Shown here in pieces: positions 41,564 through 51,390 of a DNA stretch of 64,000 nt. The translations under genes were made by a program, and so were the position numbers. The stretch spans positions 89,196 through 153,195 of the forward strand of contig CAZTNC010000015.1 of NCBI GenBank assembly GCA_964614915.1. Direction: 5' to 3'. Position 1 is the stretch's first letter, and every line of letters starts with the position of its first letter. Under the pieces are notes generated by a model. That model did not search any database. It saw only the letters and a program-made list of their open reading frames with translations, and was not told the origin of the DNA. This DNA is from an uncultured Thiotrichales bacterium (lineage in GTDB: Bacteria > Pseudomonadota > Gammaproteobacteria > UBA4575).

Positions 41564-42965
41564 CGGCTCTGTTTCCCTCCAGTAAACGCATCATGGCCGT
41601 CGCCTTGTCCAGGGTCTCCTGGTACTCCGCATCCGCGCTGGAATCCTGGACAATCCCGCCACCTGCGAAAAAATACATTTGTTGTCGCCAGTGCAGGATC
41701 GTACGGATCGCAATATTCATGTCCATGTTTCCGTCAAAGCCCATGTACCCGATTGAGCCGCAGTAAACCCCCCGGCGATGAGGTTCCAGCTCTTCTATGA
41801 TTTCCATTGAACGGATTTTAGGTGCGCCTGTAATGGAGCCTCCTGGAAAACAGCCGCGTAACAGATCGAGTGCAGATCGCCGATCCGGCAGTTTCCCCGT
41901 GATGGTACTCACCATGTGATGAACGTTTGGGAAACTTTCAATATCAAAAAGGGCTGGCACCTGCACCGAACCGAGCGCACAATTTTTACTGATATCGTTG
42001 CGCATCAGATCGACGATCATCAGGTTCTCAGCCTGATCCTTGAGGCTGTCAGCAAGCTCTTGAGCCATAACACGATCCTTGAGCGGGTCAGGAGAGCGCG
42101 GACGCGTACCCTTGATGGGTCTTGTCTTGACAGTTTTTCCCCTTACGGACAAAAACTGTTCCGGTGAGTTACTCAGTACCTGAAGGTCCGGGTAGTTCAT
42201 GTAGGCACTGAAGGGAGACGGATTGATTTTTCTTAAAATGCGGTAGGCTGACCAGGGACTGCCTTCTACCCCTGCAGCAAACCGCTGCGCCAAATTCACC
42301 TGATAGCAGTCCCCCTGCAAGATGTACTCTTTTACCTTGCCAAATGCCTGCCTGTAATACTCCAGTGTCATGTTGGAAGTCACAGGGGTGTTAACCCGGA
42401 ACTCCGGATACTCCTTGCCAGCATCATGGCTTGAAAAAAGCTTGATCAGCTCGTTCCAGTCCCGGTTGACCCTTGTGCGGGAACGATCCCCAACCAGTAC
42501 GGACTTCCTTTTCTCATGATCAACAACCACTGCCCAGGAATAAATCCCCATGACCATTTCCGGCACGCTGACATCATTTTTCGCAATCGCAGGGATCTTC
42601 TCCATGTAGCGGCACAAGTCATAACTGAGAAATCCAATTGCACCTCCTGAAAAAGGCAGGTCCAGCATGTTTTTCCAAGGTTTTGAAAGCAGTTCCCTCA
42701 GCACGGCAAAGGGACTATCAAAGACCGTATAAGACTGGGAATACGTCTGAATCTTTGTCTTTTGGTCTTGTGTGGTGATGCATATCTCGGGCCTTGATAC
42801 CAATATGTCGTAGCGCCCATGTGTGCTTGAAACCGGGCTGCTGTCTATAAAAACAGACCAGGGTTCATCTGCAATCCTGTCAAAAAGCGGTGCACTGTCT
42901 CCGAGGTACGGAAGATCAGCAAATGAAAGTCCGGTCACAGGCAGTACCTCTGGTAACCAAGACAT
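41547..42965 (-). CDS. pabB: aminodeoxychorismate synthase component I-like (pABA synthesis for methanopterin)
   Basis: Chorismate-binding domain colinear with E. coli PabB (GDCYQVNLAQRF, IKGTRPR, ENLMIVDLMRND, FPGGSITGAPK, IGYMGFDGNMD). Start chosen at Met-9 (42965) to limit overlap; 42989 is possible. Confidence 0.8.
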   Translation of the reverse strand: MSWLPEVLPVTGLSFADLPYLGDSAPLFDRIADEPWSVFIDSSPVSSTHGRYDILVSRPEICITTQDQKTKIQTYSQSYTVFDSPFAVLRELLSKPWKNMLDLPFSGGAIGFLSYDLCRYMEKIPAIAKNDVSVPEMVMGIYSWAVVVDHEKRKSVLVGDRSRTRVNRDWNELIKLFSSHDAGKEYPEFRVNTPVTSNMTLEYYRQAFGKVKEYILQGDCYQVNLAQRFAAGVEGSPWSAYRILRKINPSPFSAYMNYPDLQVLSNSPEQFLSVRGKTVKTRPIKGTRPRSPDPLKDRVMAQELADSLKDQAENLMIVDLMRNDISKNCALGSVQVPALFDIESFPNVHHMVSTITGKLPDRRSALDLLRGCFPGGSITGAPKIRSMEIIEELEPHRRGVYCGSIGYMGFDGNMDMNIAIRTILHWRQQMYFFAGGGIVQDSSADAEYQETLDKATAMMRLLEGNRADALGH

Positions 42966-43972
42966 GCAAGCGAGGCTGCCGGCACACAATCCCCGGCGTT
43001 CAGCCCATCCTTTGCGCCTTCATGTTCAAACAGGTCTGTTGCATCCACGTAGCGTCGATTGAGGCGCCTGGATATTTCGCGGACAAGAAATCGCCCTGCT
43101 CCGGCTCCAGCAACCGGTGCATCCAGACTTAGCCCGATCCTAAGCATCTGTTTGCGACAGGCATCGAGGATGACCTGAATCTGCTGCTCACGCACGTAGA
43201 CGGCCACGGCCTTCCACATGTCCTGCTGTTCCGTTGCCGCATCGCAACCAAACATTCTCGCCAGCCGGACTGCACTCGAAACCTGGTCCTTGCCTCGTCC
43301 ATCCGGTGTTCTGTCTGTGTCTGCGTAGGAGGGGAGCTCTCCGGTAAGCCTGTATACATCCGCAGAGTTTGCAAAATACTCACTTATGAGGGGAATCAGG
43401 CGCTCCCCCACCGGGGCCACACTGCAAAGAGCAAATACCGGTGTTCTTACGACTCCGCAATACACAAGTTCACGTGAATGAAGTCTTTCCGAATCCGTGT
43501 AACCCTCATTTACCACGCAGTGGTCCCGAATGCCGATGACATCCGTCGTTGTGCTGCCAATATCGATGACCAGCGCATCCTTCAGCCGGGTGGCGATGAA
43601 GCTTCCACTGGCCAGCCAGTTTGCAGAGGCCACCTGTGCAGACAGGCTACCAAGTTCGTTTAAATGTATTAGCCCTTCGGACCCTGCAAAATATACGATT
43701 TCGTTCTCCTCGAACCTTTGCCCGATCGTCTCTGCAATCCTGTCAATGCCCTCGTTGCGACTGCCAAAATGATCGACCAGTTCCCCTGTCATCGTGATGG
43801 CAAGCATGGAATGTGAGAAATCCAGTTGTTCCCGGACCCGATCAATCGAGTTATGCAACTGATCCAGTCCCTTCCACAATTGGCATGGTACCTGAACCAC
43901 CCGTGATACCTGCACAGCTCCGGTGGCCTTGACCACCTTGAGATGGGCGCCCCCGACATCCCAACCTGTCAT
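42935..43972 (-). CDS. hydantoinase/oxoprolinase-like 'H4MPT-linked C1 transfer pathway protein' (COG1548, MfnF-like)
   Basis: GWDVGGAHLKVV N-terminus and ASKHA-fold-like body; clustered with mfnD-like and mfnE-like genes. Confidence 0.55.
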   Translation of the reverse strand: MTGWDVGGAHLKVVKATGAVQVSRVVQVPCQLWKGLDQLHNSIDRVREQLDFSHSMLAITMTGELVDHFGSRNEGIDRIAETIGQRFEENEIVYFAGSEGLIHLNELGSLSAQVASANWLASGSFIATRLKDALVIDIGSTTTDVIGIRDHCVVNEGYTDSERLHSRELVYCGVVRTPVFALCSVAPVGERLIPLISEYFANSADVYRLTGELPSYADTDRTPDGRGKDQVSSAVRLARMFGCDAATEQQDMWKAVAVYVREQQIQVILDACRKQMLRIGLSLDAPVAGAGAGRFLVREISRRLNRRYVDATDLFEHEGAKDGLNAGDCVPAASLACLGYQRYCL

Positions 43973-43976
43973 GCTC

Positions 43977-44972
43977 TCAGGCAACCTGTCTGTCCTCCAG
44001 GTTCACTTCGACAGGAACCCTGCGGGGAAGCACAACTGCAGGCAATGACCGGTCCGCAAAGCACTGCAAAATCCACTGCGCAGGGTTTGCGCCCAGAGCA
44101 GACCGAAGACCCACATAGGACGTGGTCAACCTTGGGTTGATCTCCGCCAGCAAAATCTCATTATCCGCAACGACTGCATCCACACCCACGTAGCCACGCA
44201 ACCCCGGAAGTGCCTGGGCTATCCGGCTCGCAAAACCTGCAAATTTCTGGTTCTCGAATGCACCTACCGTGCATCCTGCCCATTGCAGAGACCCGCCCTC
44301 TTCCTGAACCTGCTGCCGATTGCAACTCAGCACGTGACACGTACCTTCCCAACACAACAAACTCAGGCTGGCATGGACCCCTTGTACGTAGGGCTGGAAT
44401 ATAAAGTGCTCACGGTCGCTGCCGGCAGCTGCGGTTTGCAACTCGGACCTGTTGTCCAACAAGGAGATATTTGCACAGCCCACCCCGTCCTCCGGCTTCA
44501 TTACAAATCGATCACCCCGCAAGGACCCTATGTCAGGAGCCCTGCAGGTTGGAATTTGAGGAATTTCATGAGCAAGCAAATACCGATACGTTGCAAACTT
44601 GTGGCTGGCCAGCTTGATGGTTCGTGGCTCGGCATTCAATAATTCAAAAGATTGTCTCGAGTACCTTTTGCACAGTGAGAACAAAATCTCACCGTTTTCC
44701 GGCGCAATAAACAGCATTGAATGTACAGTACCGGCCAACGCTTCAAGCTTGGTGTCATATGACTCCTCTGGCCCGACAACTAACGTGTTGACTCCTGATA
44801 TGTTATCGCTGAGGCGGTGGTCTCTGAGTACAAAGACATCGCAGCCAGGCAGTGCCTGGAAGTCGTTGACAGCTGCTGACAGCATCATATCGCCTTCTCT
44901 TGCAAGTGAGGAAGGCAGCGGCTGGCCGATCAAGCCTCCGCCAGTGATATACTCAAAAATCAGGACATTCAT
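43977..44972 (-). CDS. ATP-grasp ligase, MfnD-like (COG1821)
   Basis: MNVLIFEYITGGG N-terminus and ATP-grasp body. The ORF-track extension to 45068 is rejected because it would run antisense through the conserved N-terminus of the divergent HisA-like gene. Confidence 0.55.
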   Translation of the reverse strand: MNVLIFEYITGGGLIGQPLPSSLAREGDMMLSAAVNDFQALPGCDVFVLRDHRLSDNISGVNTLVVGPEESYDTKLEALAGTVHSMLFIAPENGEILFSLCKRYSRQSFELLNAEPRTIKLASHKFATYRYLLAHEIPQIPTCRAPDIGSLRGDRFVMKPEDGVGCANISLLDNRSELQTAAAGSDREHFIFQPYVQGVHASLSLLCWEGTCHVLSCNRQQVQEEGGSLQWAGCTVGAFENQKFAGFASRIAQALPGLRGYVGVDAVVADNEILLAEINPRLTTSYVGLRSALGANPAQWILQCFADRSLPAVVLPRRVPVEVNLEDRQVA

Positions 44973-44978
44973 CGATAT

Positions 44979-45686
44979 GTGATGCAGATCATCCCGGTAC
45001 TGGACCTCTCCAAGGGGCAGGTCGTCCATGCAAAAAAAGGAAGCCGAAAGCATTATAGGCCAATACAATCCTCCCTATGCTCCTCTTCGCATCCAGTTGA
45101 AATCGTCCGCGGCTACCTCAGACTTTACCCCTTCCGCACACTTTATGTGGCAGACCTGGATGCCATAGAGCAGCAAGGGGATAACAGGGACATCATTCAA
45201 GATCTCTGCCTCGGGTATCCAGAACTTGAAATCTGGCTGGACAGCGGGCTCTCGCTGGTTGATCACTACCTCAAAAGACAGAACACCCTTTCATTGCGCA
45301 TCATTTTATCTACCGAATCCATCCCGGCACCCACAGCCGCGTCCTTGATGAGAGACTACTGCGAGCATCCCTTCATACTTTCCGTGGACTACAGATCCGG
45401 TGGTTTCCTGGGCTCACCAGAGGGCATGCAGGCGCAAAGCCTGTGGCCCTCTGATGTCATTATTCTCAATCTTGATCAGGTTGGCACCAACAACGGCGTA
45501 TCCCTGCCCGGCGGGTTGGGTTCTCGGGAGTTGTTTGATCAGTACAACATTTATTACGGCGGCGGGATCAACTCCCTGACCGACCTGATACAACTGAAAA
45601 AGCGGGGTGCCGCGGGTGCCCTGCTTGCAACGGCACTGCATGGAAAAACAGTCAACCGGGAAGATCTGCAGTGTCTCGGGCAGTGA
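44979..45686 (+). CDS. HisA/HisF-family (beta/alpha)8-barrel protein of the H4MPT island
   Basis: MQIIPVLDLSKGQVVHAKKG N-terminus and GG...L phosphate-binding C-terminus typical of HisA/HisF. Starts GTG ATG. Confidence 0.6.
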   Translation: MMQIIPVLDLSKGQVVHAKKGSRKHYRPIQSSLCSSSHPVEIVRGYLRLYPFRTLYVADLDAIEQQGDNRDIIQDLCLGYPELEIWLDSGLSLVDHYLKRQNTLSLRIILSTESIPAPTAASLMRDYCEHPFILSVDYRSGGFLGSPEGMQAQSLWPSDVIILNLDQVGTNNGVSLPGGLGSRELFDQYNIYYGGGINSLTDLIQLKKRGAAGALLATALHGKTVNREDLQCLGQ

Positions 45687-45754
45687 TTTTCATTTCGGCA
45701 GGATGGGCTGTGAATCCCTGCGCCGGAAAACCCCTGCAACACGCAAGGTGGGGC

Positions 45755-45790
45755 AAAAAAAATGCCCCGCGGGTGCGGGGCATTTTTACA
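45755..45790. terminator. bidirectional intrinsic terminator between the HisA-like gene and fae
   Basis: AAAAAAAATGCCCCGC-GGGT-GCGGGGCATTTTT: a 9-bp GC-rich stem with a 4-nt loop, flanked by an A-run on the left and a T-run on the right. Confidence 0.8.
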
Positions 45791-45808
45791 GCTTGGCTGA
45801 GGAGCTAA

Positions 45809-46336
45809 TCAGAATCCCTTGAACGGGTGTTCTGCGCTATCTTTCTGGGCTACTACCTCAGACGCTTTTGGCTCATCCTTGATCGCACGTTCCAAGGCCT
45901 CTTTCGTAGCCTTGTAGTTGTTTTCATAAATTGCTTCATCACTCTTGGCTTCCCAGTGGATGAAGACGCCAACACAGATAAAGAGATCATCCGCCTCATC
46001 TGCAGGTACAGTGCCGTCTGCAACACTGTCCGCAACGGCTTTCGCCACTGCTGCTTGGGCAGGCCCAAACATCTGAACCGCCTGGCCTGCACCCTTGATG
46101 GTCACTTTGTTGAACATCATGGTGTTGGGCTTACAAGGTAAATTTGGGGCAACCACGGCCAACAAGGTAGTAAAACCGTCCTTATTATTTACCAGGCCAT
46201 TACAAAAGGCAGATTCCACAGCCGACCCGCGTGGCCCCACCAGCAAGTCAATATGTGCAATCTCTGCCATTGTGCCGGAAGGATCGTTATCATTAACAAG
46301 TGATTCCCCGACCATTACTTTGTTAATTAATGCCAT
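45809..46336 (-). CDS. fae: formaldehyde-activating enzyme
   Basis: [14 protein letters not shown]...[53 protein letters not shown]...[15 protein letters not shown] is near-identical in pattern to M. extorquens Fae. Start at the ATG preceded by an AGGAGA SD 8 nt upstream; the ORF-track start 46384 is rejected. Confidence 0.9.
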   Translation of the reverse strand: MALINKVMVGESLVNDNDPSGTMAEIAHIDLLVGPRGSAVESAFCNGLVNNKDGFTTLLAVVAPNLPCKPNTMMFNKVTIKGAGQAVQMFGPAQAAVAKAVADSVADGTVPADEADDLFICVGVFIHWEAKSDEAIYENNYKATKEALERAIKDEPKASEVVAQKDSAEHPFKGF

Positions 46337-46444
46337 TATATTTTTCTCCTGTTCTATTTTTAGTTGTCGACAAGCTACAGACAATCTGTTCGCCCGTATC
46401 CTTTTGGAATATGGAATTGTGCTAGCACGCCACTATACCACGCT

Positions 46445-47317
46445 TCACAGCATTTCCAGACCCTCTGCAAAAATGCTCGCTACCGTAAGGTCCGCGGTTG
46501 TTCCCGGATTAATTCGGTCGCGCTTGAGACAGCTGTCGATTTCCAACAACCTAGACTTGTACCTGACCGGCGAATCCAAACGGCAGAATTCCTTTTCAAA
46601 CGGAGTGATCATATCACTTATTTCCTGCGCTTTTAACATGCCGTATTTTCGCCCGACGAGACTATCAGGAAAGCGGGCCAGAAAAGCCAGATACAGTCCT
46701 GACGCAGCCCAGCACTCATCATCCCAGCGCATCAGCAGGGATCGATACCGCGACCGGCCAAAATGAAAAATATCGCGAAAGTTGCTTGCGTACTGCAAGG
46801 CAACCCGGTCCTTGGAAGAAGAAATTTTCATTGTATTTAAAAGAGTTACCGTAGGCTCTTCATATATGTCCTGATCATCAGAATGCCCCAGCCCTCCTGG
46901 CTGTGCAATCCGTATGGCCCGGTACACATTTTTTGCATCCAGTACCGTTGACTGGTGCAGGGTTTCCTCCAGCGCAATCTCGAGTTTCCGGCCGGTCCGG
47001 CCCAGCCAGGCATGGATCAATGGTGCGATGAGCAAAATGATTCCGAGATTAGTGTTCGTATCTACAACCTGGCGGGTGGCCTGTACGGCCTGCAGGACCC
47101 GTTCACCCAAGGACAGTCCCGGGCAGGACAGAGGTGCTGCACTCGCCTTGGCACTCTCCAAAAACTCCTGAACTCCCGGTGCGGAGGCATTTGAATGGAC
47201 ACTGGTATTGCCAGGCTTCAAAGCCTGTACATCCAGCCAACACACATGCCTGTACAAATCGACCAGATTCGAATGGGAACTGAATTCCTGCATTGCAATC
47301 AAGTCACCGTGGGGCAA
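46445..47317 (-). CDS. triphosphoribosyl-dephospho-CoA synthase (CitG/MdcB)-like protein of the H4MPT island
   Basis: 290 aa with CitG-family features (LKPGNTS..., TNTNLGIILL, INPGTTADL). Confidence 0.6.
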   Translation of the reverse strand: MPHGDLIAMQEFSSHSNLVDLYRHVCWLDVQALKPGNTSVHSNASAPGVQEFLESAKASAAPLSCPGLSLGERVLQAVQATRQVVDTNTNLGIILLIAPLIHAWLGRTGRKLEIALEETLHQSTVLDAKNVYRAIRIAQPGGLGHSDDQDIYEEPTVTLLNTMKISSSKDRVALQYASNFRDIFHFGRSRYRSLLMRWDDECWAASGLYLAFLARFPDSLVGRKYGMLKAQEISDMITPFEKEFCRLDSPVRYKSRLLEIDSCLKRDRINPGTTADLTVASIFAEGLEML

Positions 47318-47392
47318 ATGAGGGAGGTAATTTGAAGCGGGCTGGTCTTTCGTACTGAAAATACTGGCAAGACGGTGGTCACCGCTTAAATT

Positions 47393-48307
47393 TTATATTG
47401 CCTGCTCGACCCCGGAGTGATTCTGCAAACGATCCAGAAAATGTGCCACCAGTCTCTCTGCAACAGTAACTCCACTGACACTCTGAAGACCTCGCCAGGC
47501 CGGAATGCTGTTCACCTCCGTGGTCCACAACTTGCCATCATGATCACGTATGATGTCCACTCCTCCATAGTACATGCGTACAGCACGTACAGCAGCACGC
47601 GCAATCGCCGCAAACTCTTCATCCAGCACGGCTGGATAGCATTTTCCACCCGCAGCCACATTGGTGATCCAGCTACTGGACTGCCTTCTCATCGCAGCCA
47701 CGACTTGACCACCAATAACGAACAGCCGCCAGTCATGAGCCTCTTTTGTGCCCGTATCGATGTATTTCTGCAGGTAGTAGATCTTGTTATACACCTCGAA
47801 GTTTGTCAGGTCACTGTGTCTGGTAATCAACTGCAAATTTTTGCCCTGTGAGCCAAACAGTGGCTTGATCACAACCTTGCAGCCAAGTTCGAGCTGCTTT
47901 CGTATGAAGGAGTAGGCCTGATGCACATGGTTTCCGACCCAGGTCGGCGGTGTCGCAAGACCCGACTGCTCAAGAAGGAAGCTGGTCATGCCCTTGTCTA
48001 CACTGCGCTCAATGGCACGGGCACCATTGTAAACAAAGACATTCAGTTCACGTAATGCATGCAGGATATCGAGATAAAAGACAACCTCTTCCAGGGTCCC
48101 TCCCGGTACACCACGCACAAATACGCCTGTCGGCAGGGTTCCTTCGAAACCGGGGATAAACAGGCTGTCGCCCTCCGATCCCGTCCTCAAATAGCAGTCT
48201 GTCAGGGAAACATTCGTACAGTGATAGCCCCTTGCATTGAAAGCCTTGTGCAATTCTCTGCCGTGCCAGCCCGGGTCATCGGTGATGATTGCAATGCGCT
48301 GAGACAT
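47393..48307 (-). CDS. mptN: RimK-family ATP-grasp, tetrahydromethanopterin:alpha-L-glutamate ligase MptN-like
   Basis: 304 aa; RimK-type ATP-grasp (VVIKPLFGSQGKNL, RLFVIGGQVVAAMRR). Lies between mch and the CitG-like gene. Confidence 0.65.
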   Translation of the reverse strand: MSQRIAIITDDPGWHGRELHKAFNARGYHCTNVSLTDCYLRTGSEGDSLFIPGFEGTLPTGVFVRGVPGGTLEEVVFYLDILHALRELNVFVYNGARAIERSVDKGMTSFLLEQSGLATPPTWVGNHVHQAYSFIRKQLELGCKVVIKPLFGSQGKNLQLITRHSDLTNFEVYNKIYYLQKYIDTGTKEAHDWRLFVIGGQVVAAMRRQSSSWITNVAAGGKCYPAVLDEEFAAIARAAVRAVRMYYGGVDIIRDHDGKLWTTEVNSIPAWRGLQSVSGVTVAERLVAHFLDRLQNHSGVEQAI

Positions 48308-48309
48308 GA

Positions 48310-49263
48310 TCAGGAAAAAGATGCGGCCAGCAGCTCGGGAGCCAGATTCCCTCCCCTGAATGTTTTACCACTCTCTACTGCAGTGATGACAACAGAGGCA
48401 GGGCTGAACAGCATGGGGTCAATCTTGAAAAAATCGTTGCTACAGTCCTCAAGGACCTGGGCAAACGGTTTTCCATATTCCGAAGATGCGCTGGAGGGAA
48501 GATCCCGGGACAGCTTTTCAGCGCTTGCATCATCACCTTGCACAAAAAGATGAACCCTTCCAGCAAATAGAATGGCCGTATTGGTGCGCTCCATGGCGGT
48601 CACAAAACTAGGGCTTGGCGGAGAAAGCGGGGCACTCGCCGAACCATCCAGGATGTTATCCAAGGGAAACTTCAACGTGTGAACCTTGTGCATTGCCACT
48701 TCCAGTACCCTGGAGACAATCTGTACCATGCCGGCGATCGAACGTGTTGGAGTCAGTATGAATGTCAGGGCATTCGCGGGCAGGTTGCATACCTCTGCCA
48801 CACGGTCAATCAAGGCAACAGGAGGAATTTGATCCACTTCAAGTACAAACGTCGCGTGATCACAGCTGTCGCGATAACCCAGCTCTTCAAACAGTACTTC
48901 TCTCAATGCGATGGCCCGGCCCGGTCCCGACCCCAGAGCATGGAATTTTTCGTGTGACAGACTCCAGCCCGCATACTGGCTTGCAAGGCATGCGAGCACC
49001 GGGTTGGAAGTATGGACATGCAAGGACAGCGGCCAGTCACTTATCGCAGCCGCATGATAAAGTGTCACCCTTCCCAGACCTCCCATGCAGATCTCGCCAA
49101 TCAGCCGGCCGGCCTCGAGGCCGCCCCTGCAATCGATGCCGGCATCGATGTATCTTGCACCGTTGGTGAACTCGCCTAGCCGTACTCTCAGTGCTGCATG
49201 CTTGTCGATGAGTTCCTGAACCAGTGGCTTTGCCAGTTGATTAACACTTACATTCTGCATCAT
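48310..49263 (-). CDS. mch: methenyltetrahydromethanopterin cyclohydrolase
   Basis: 317 aa, Mch length. N-terminal VSVNQLAKPLVQELI...GARYIDAGIDCRGGLEAGRLIGEICMGGLG parallels the Mch N-terminus; sits in the mtdB-mch cluster. Confidence 0.85.
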   Translation of the reverse strand: MMQNVSVNQLAKPLVQELIDKHAALRVRLGEFTNGARYIDAGIDCRGGLEAGRLIGEICMGGLGRVTLYHAAAISDWPLSLHVHTSNPVLACLASQYAGWSLSHEKFHALGSGPGRAIALREVLFEELGYRDSCDHATFVLEVDQIPPVALIDRVAEVCNLPANALTFILTPTRSIAGMVQIVSRVLEVAMHKVHTLKFPLDNILDGSASAPLSPPSPSFVTAMERTNTAILFAGRVHLFVQGDDASAEKLSRDLPSSASSEYGKPFAQVLEDCSNDFFKIDPMLFSPASVVITAVESGKTFRGGNLAPELLAASFS

Positions 49264-49282
49264 TCATTCCCTTGTCCAAAAA

Positions 49283-50392
49283 TTATGCACTCACTCTATG
49301 AGCACCCTGCACAATCCCATGCAAAATCTTTTGCATGCGAGCCCTGATCATCGCGTGTACCTGCCCCGTGTTCTTGCCACCTGCAAATACGCTGCATATG
49401 GGTTCGTGTTCCTGAATAACTTCACCAGGATGCGGCCTGTCCGCTGTCCACAAGGGCCAGTCAAAGCAAGCCGGCACCCGTACAGGTTCCGGGGCATAGA
49501 CATGCGCATGCGCACGAAGCGGACGTTCACCGGGCATTCGGGCGAGTTTAGCATGTATGCAGGCATCCATATGTGCCCGGATCAGGTGACCTTGCCGGGT
49601 CTCGTACAGTTCATAGGTAGCCGGGATTCGCGGGTTGATCTCAAGCACATACACGCACTCATCCGAGAGGATGAAATCAATGCTGTTCAGGCCTACCAGA
49701 TGGAATTCCCGGGTCAGTAGCAAAGCATAGTGAAGTACCGTGCCCTGCTGTTCTTGAGTGAGCTTGGCTCGATTGACAGCACCTTCGTACACGTAAGGCC
49801 TGTCTGGCCCACACGCCCTGTGCCACAGGGTATTAAATCCCAGCACCTCAATATTTGCGCCATCGGCCAGAAATGTCAGGGAGAAATTCAGACCCTCAGT
49901 TTTTCGTTGCAGGTAAACCGACGGATCATTGCCAGAGTTCCCCGTACAGGGCGCAATGCCCCTGCCCCCTGAACTCTTTGAATTTTTTCGAAGCCACAAA
50001 TGACAATCCTTCCGAACCTGCGAAAAACACACTTCCGGATAGCGAATCGAATTCTCGTCCAGCGCCGGGAAAAATACTTGTGGATCCTTGCACCTGCGAA
50101 GCACCGCGCTGGTATTGCCGATGACTTTGCATGCACCGAGGTCTTCCAGCAAACCTGGGGCAGACTCCAGGGCCGCATCATAGAGCAGACCTCTCGGGCA
50201 ATATTCCTCCCGCAACTGCCGTATGGCCCCAGCGGCTTCCTTCTCATTGAGCCCTAGTGCAGTGCGTGAGACTTTCCGGCTGACAACCGATGCCGCACAG
50301 GTGTCCATATCTGCAAAGCCATCGACGACTGCGACCGGGTGTCCGCTCGCGTTCAGAGCTTCCGCGATTGCCCGACCCGATGTGGCTACCAC
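49283..50392 (-). CDS. ATP-grasp 'H4MPT-linked C1 transfer pathway' protein (COG2232-like)
   Basis: ATP-grasp body (VYVLEINPRIPAT). Start reassigned to the GTG at 50392 (VVATSGRA...), 14 nt after the mtdB stop; the ORF-track start 50476 would overlap mtdB by 70 nt. Confidence 0.55.
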   Translation of the reverse strand: MVATSGRAIAEALNASGHPVAVVDGFADMDTCAASVVSRKVSRTALGLNEKEAAGAIRQLREEYCPRGLLYDAALESAPGLLEDLGACKVIGNTSAVLRRCKDPQVFFPALDENSIRYPEVCFSQVRKDCHLWLRKNSKSSGGRGIAPCTGNSGNDPSVYLQRKTEGLNFSLTFLADGANIEVLGFNTLWHRACGPDRPYVYEGAVNRAKLTQEQQGTVLHYALLLTREFHLVGLNSIDFILSDECVYVLEINPRIPATYELYETRQGHLIRAHMDACIHAKLARMPGERPLRAHAHVYAPEPVRVPACFDWPLWTADRPHPGEVIQEHEPICSVFAGGKNTGQVHAMIRARMQKILHGIVQGAHRVSA

Positions 50393-50405
50393 CAGATAAA
50401 TACGC

Positions 50406-51308
50406 CTATCCCCGCTTGATCTCCCTGGCAATCTCGAATGCGTGCTCAAAGTGCAGGTATACCGGTTTATCTGCATCTCGCATTTCCTGCAGAAGCCTGT
50501 GCTGCGTCTGATATTTCACATTGCCTATAACCAGCGCCCCGATTCCAACCGCACCACTGTCCGAGCCTTCAACGGCCTTGCAATCGTCCATTACATCAAG
50601 CCCGGCTATGCCCGAAGGCGGCACCGCGTTCACATCGGCCACGACCTTTAAAGCCGATGCACTTTTTATGTGCTCCTCAGAAATTACCTGCACCCCTGCC
50701 GCAACTGCCGCCAGAACCACATCGGCATTTTTCACAACCTCGCCGATCATGTCGTTGGCTTCCCCCCGGATATCTGTACCACCATCGCCATACTCGCGGT
50801 TGCACAGTTCTGCCACCATCTCTGACTTTTCTTTCTGGCGTCCCATGATCAGCACACTGGCGCCCGCCTTGGCGGCGAGAAGAGCGGCCGCGGAGCCAAC
50901 CGGCCCGGTGCCTCCCATGATCACAACATGTTTGCCTTCTAAACTAGTATCAAAATTTTCTTTCAGCCCATGTTCCACACAGGCCATCATGCCCGCAGCA
51001 GTCGTGAATGCACCGCTTGGGTCGGCAAAACAGGAAGTCTCGAAAGGAGGCACCATCGACACTTGGCAAGTTTTCAGCATGTCCATCACATGATGCATGT
51101 CGCGCCCACCCAGGAAAACTCCCGTGCGCTTGGCACCTGCCGGACCGCGAGAAAATATGGCATCCTGGATCAGGGCCTGCACCTCCTCCGTCTCGACGTC
51201 GGTATAACCAACCGCATGATCCCAGCCGGCATCCAGCGCCATGTTGACATCAAACGGACTCAGATTCTTGGCCGGTGTAATCATATGTAAGATATAAGGT
51301 CTTTCCAT
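50406..51308 (-). CDS. mtdB: NAD(P)-dependent methylene-H4MPT dehydrogenase (MtdA/MtdB family)
   Basis: Colinear with M. extorquens MtdB (SPFDVNMALDAGWDHAVGY, VFLGGRDM, VVIMGGTGPVGSAAALLAAKAGA, VADVNAVPPSGIAG). Confidence 0.8.
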   Translation of the reverse strand: MERPYILHMITPAKNLSPFDVNMALDAGWDHAVGYTDVETEEVQALIQDAIFSRGPAGAKRTGVFLGGRDMHHVMDMLKTCQVSMVPPFETSCFADPSGAFTTAAGMMACVEHGLKENFDTSLEGKHVVIMGGTGPVGSAAALLAAKAGASVLIMGRQKEKSEMVAELCNREYGDGGTDIRGEANDMIGEVVKNADVVLAAVAAGVQVISEEHIKSASALKVVADVNAVPPSGIAGLDVMDDCKAVEGSDSGAVGIGALVIGNVKYQTQHRLLQEMRDADKPVYLHFEHAFEIAREIKRG

Positions 51309-51390
51309 TTTTCCCTCTTGAGATCGAGATGTTTAGACAATCGAACCAACGCCGGGCAGCCTGCCTCAGCGCAATTCTGTGAATTAAACT

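Noticed and set aside
44973-45068. ORF-track 5' extension of the MfnD-like ATP-grasp gene (MYWPIMLSASFFCMDDLPLGEVQYRDDLHHIS...)
   Set aside because: It would run antisense through the conserved N-terminus of the HisA-like gene (MQIIPVLDLSKG...). The ATP-grasp family start MNVLIFEYITGGG begins at 44972.
46337-46384. Upstream Met start for fae given by the ORF track ([16 protein letters not shown]-)
   Set aside because: This stretch contains the AGGAGA Shine-Dalgarno for the downstream ATG, and the Fae family N-terminus begins at [11 protein letters not shown].
50393-50476. ORF-track start of the COG2232-like ATP-grasp gene overlapping mtdB by 70 nt
   Set aside because: A GTG start at 50392 directly after the mtdB stop gives a conventional operon junction; the upstream residues have no family similarity.
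50521-51093. 190-aa plus-strand ORF rich in A/P/S/T
   Set aside because: Antisense to mtdB; low-complexity composition typical of an antisense artefact.
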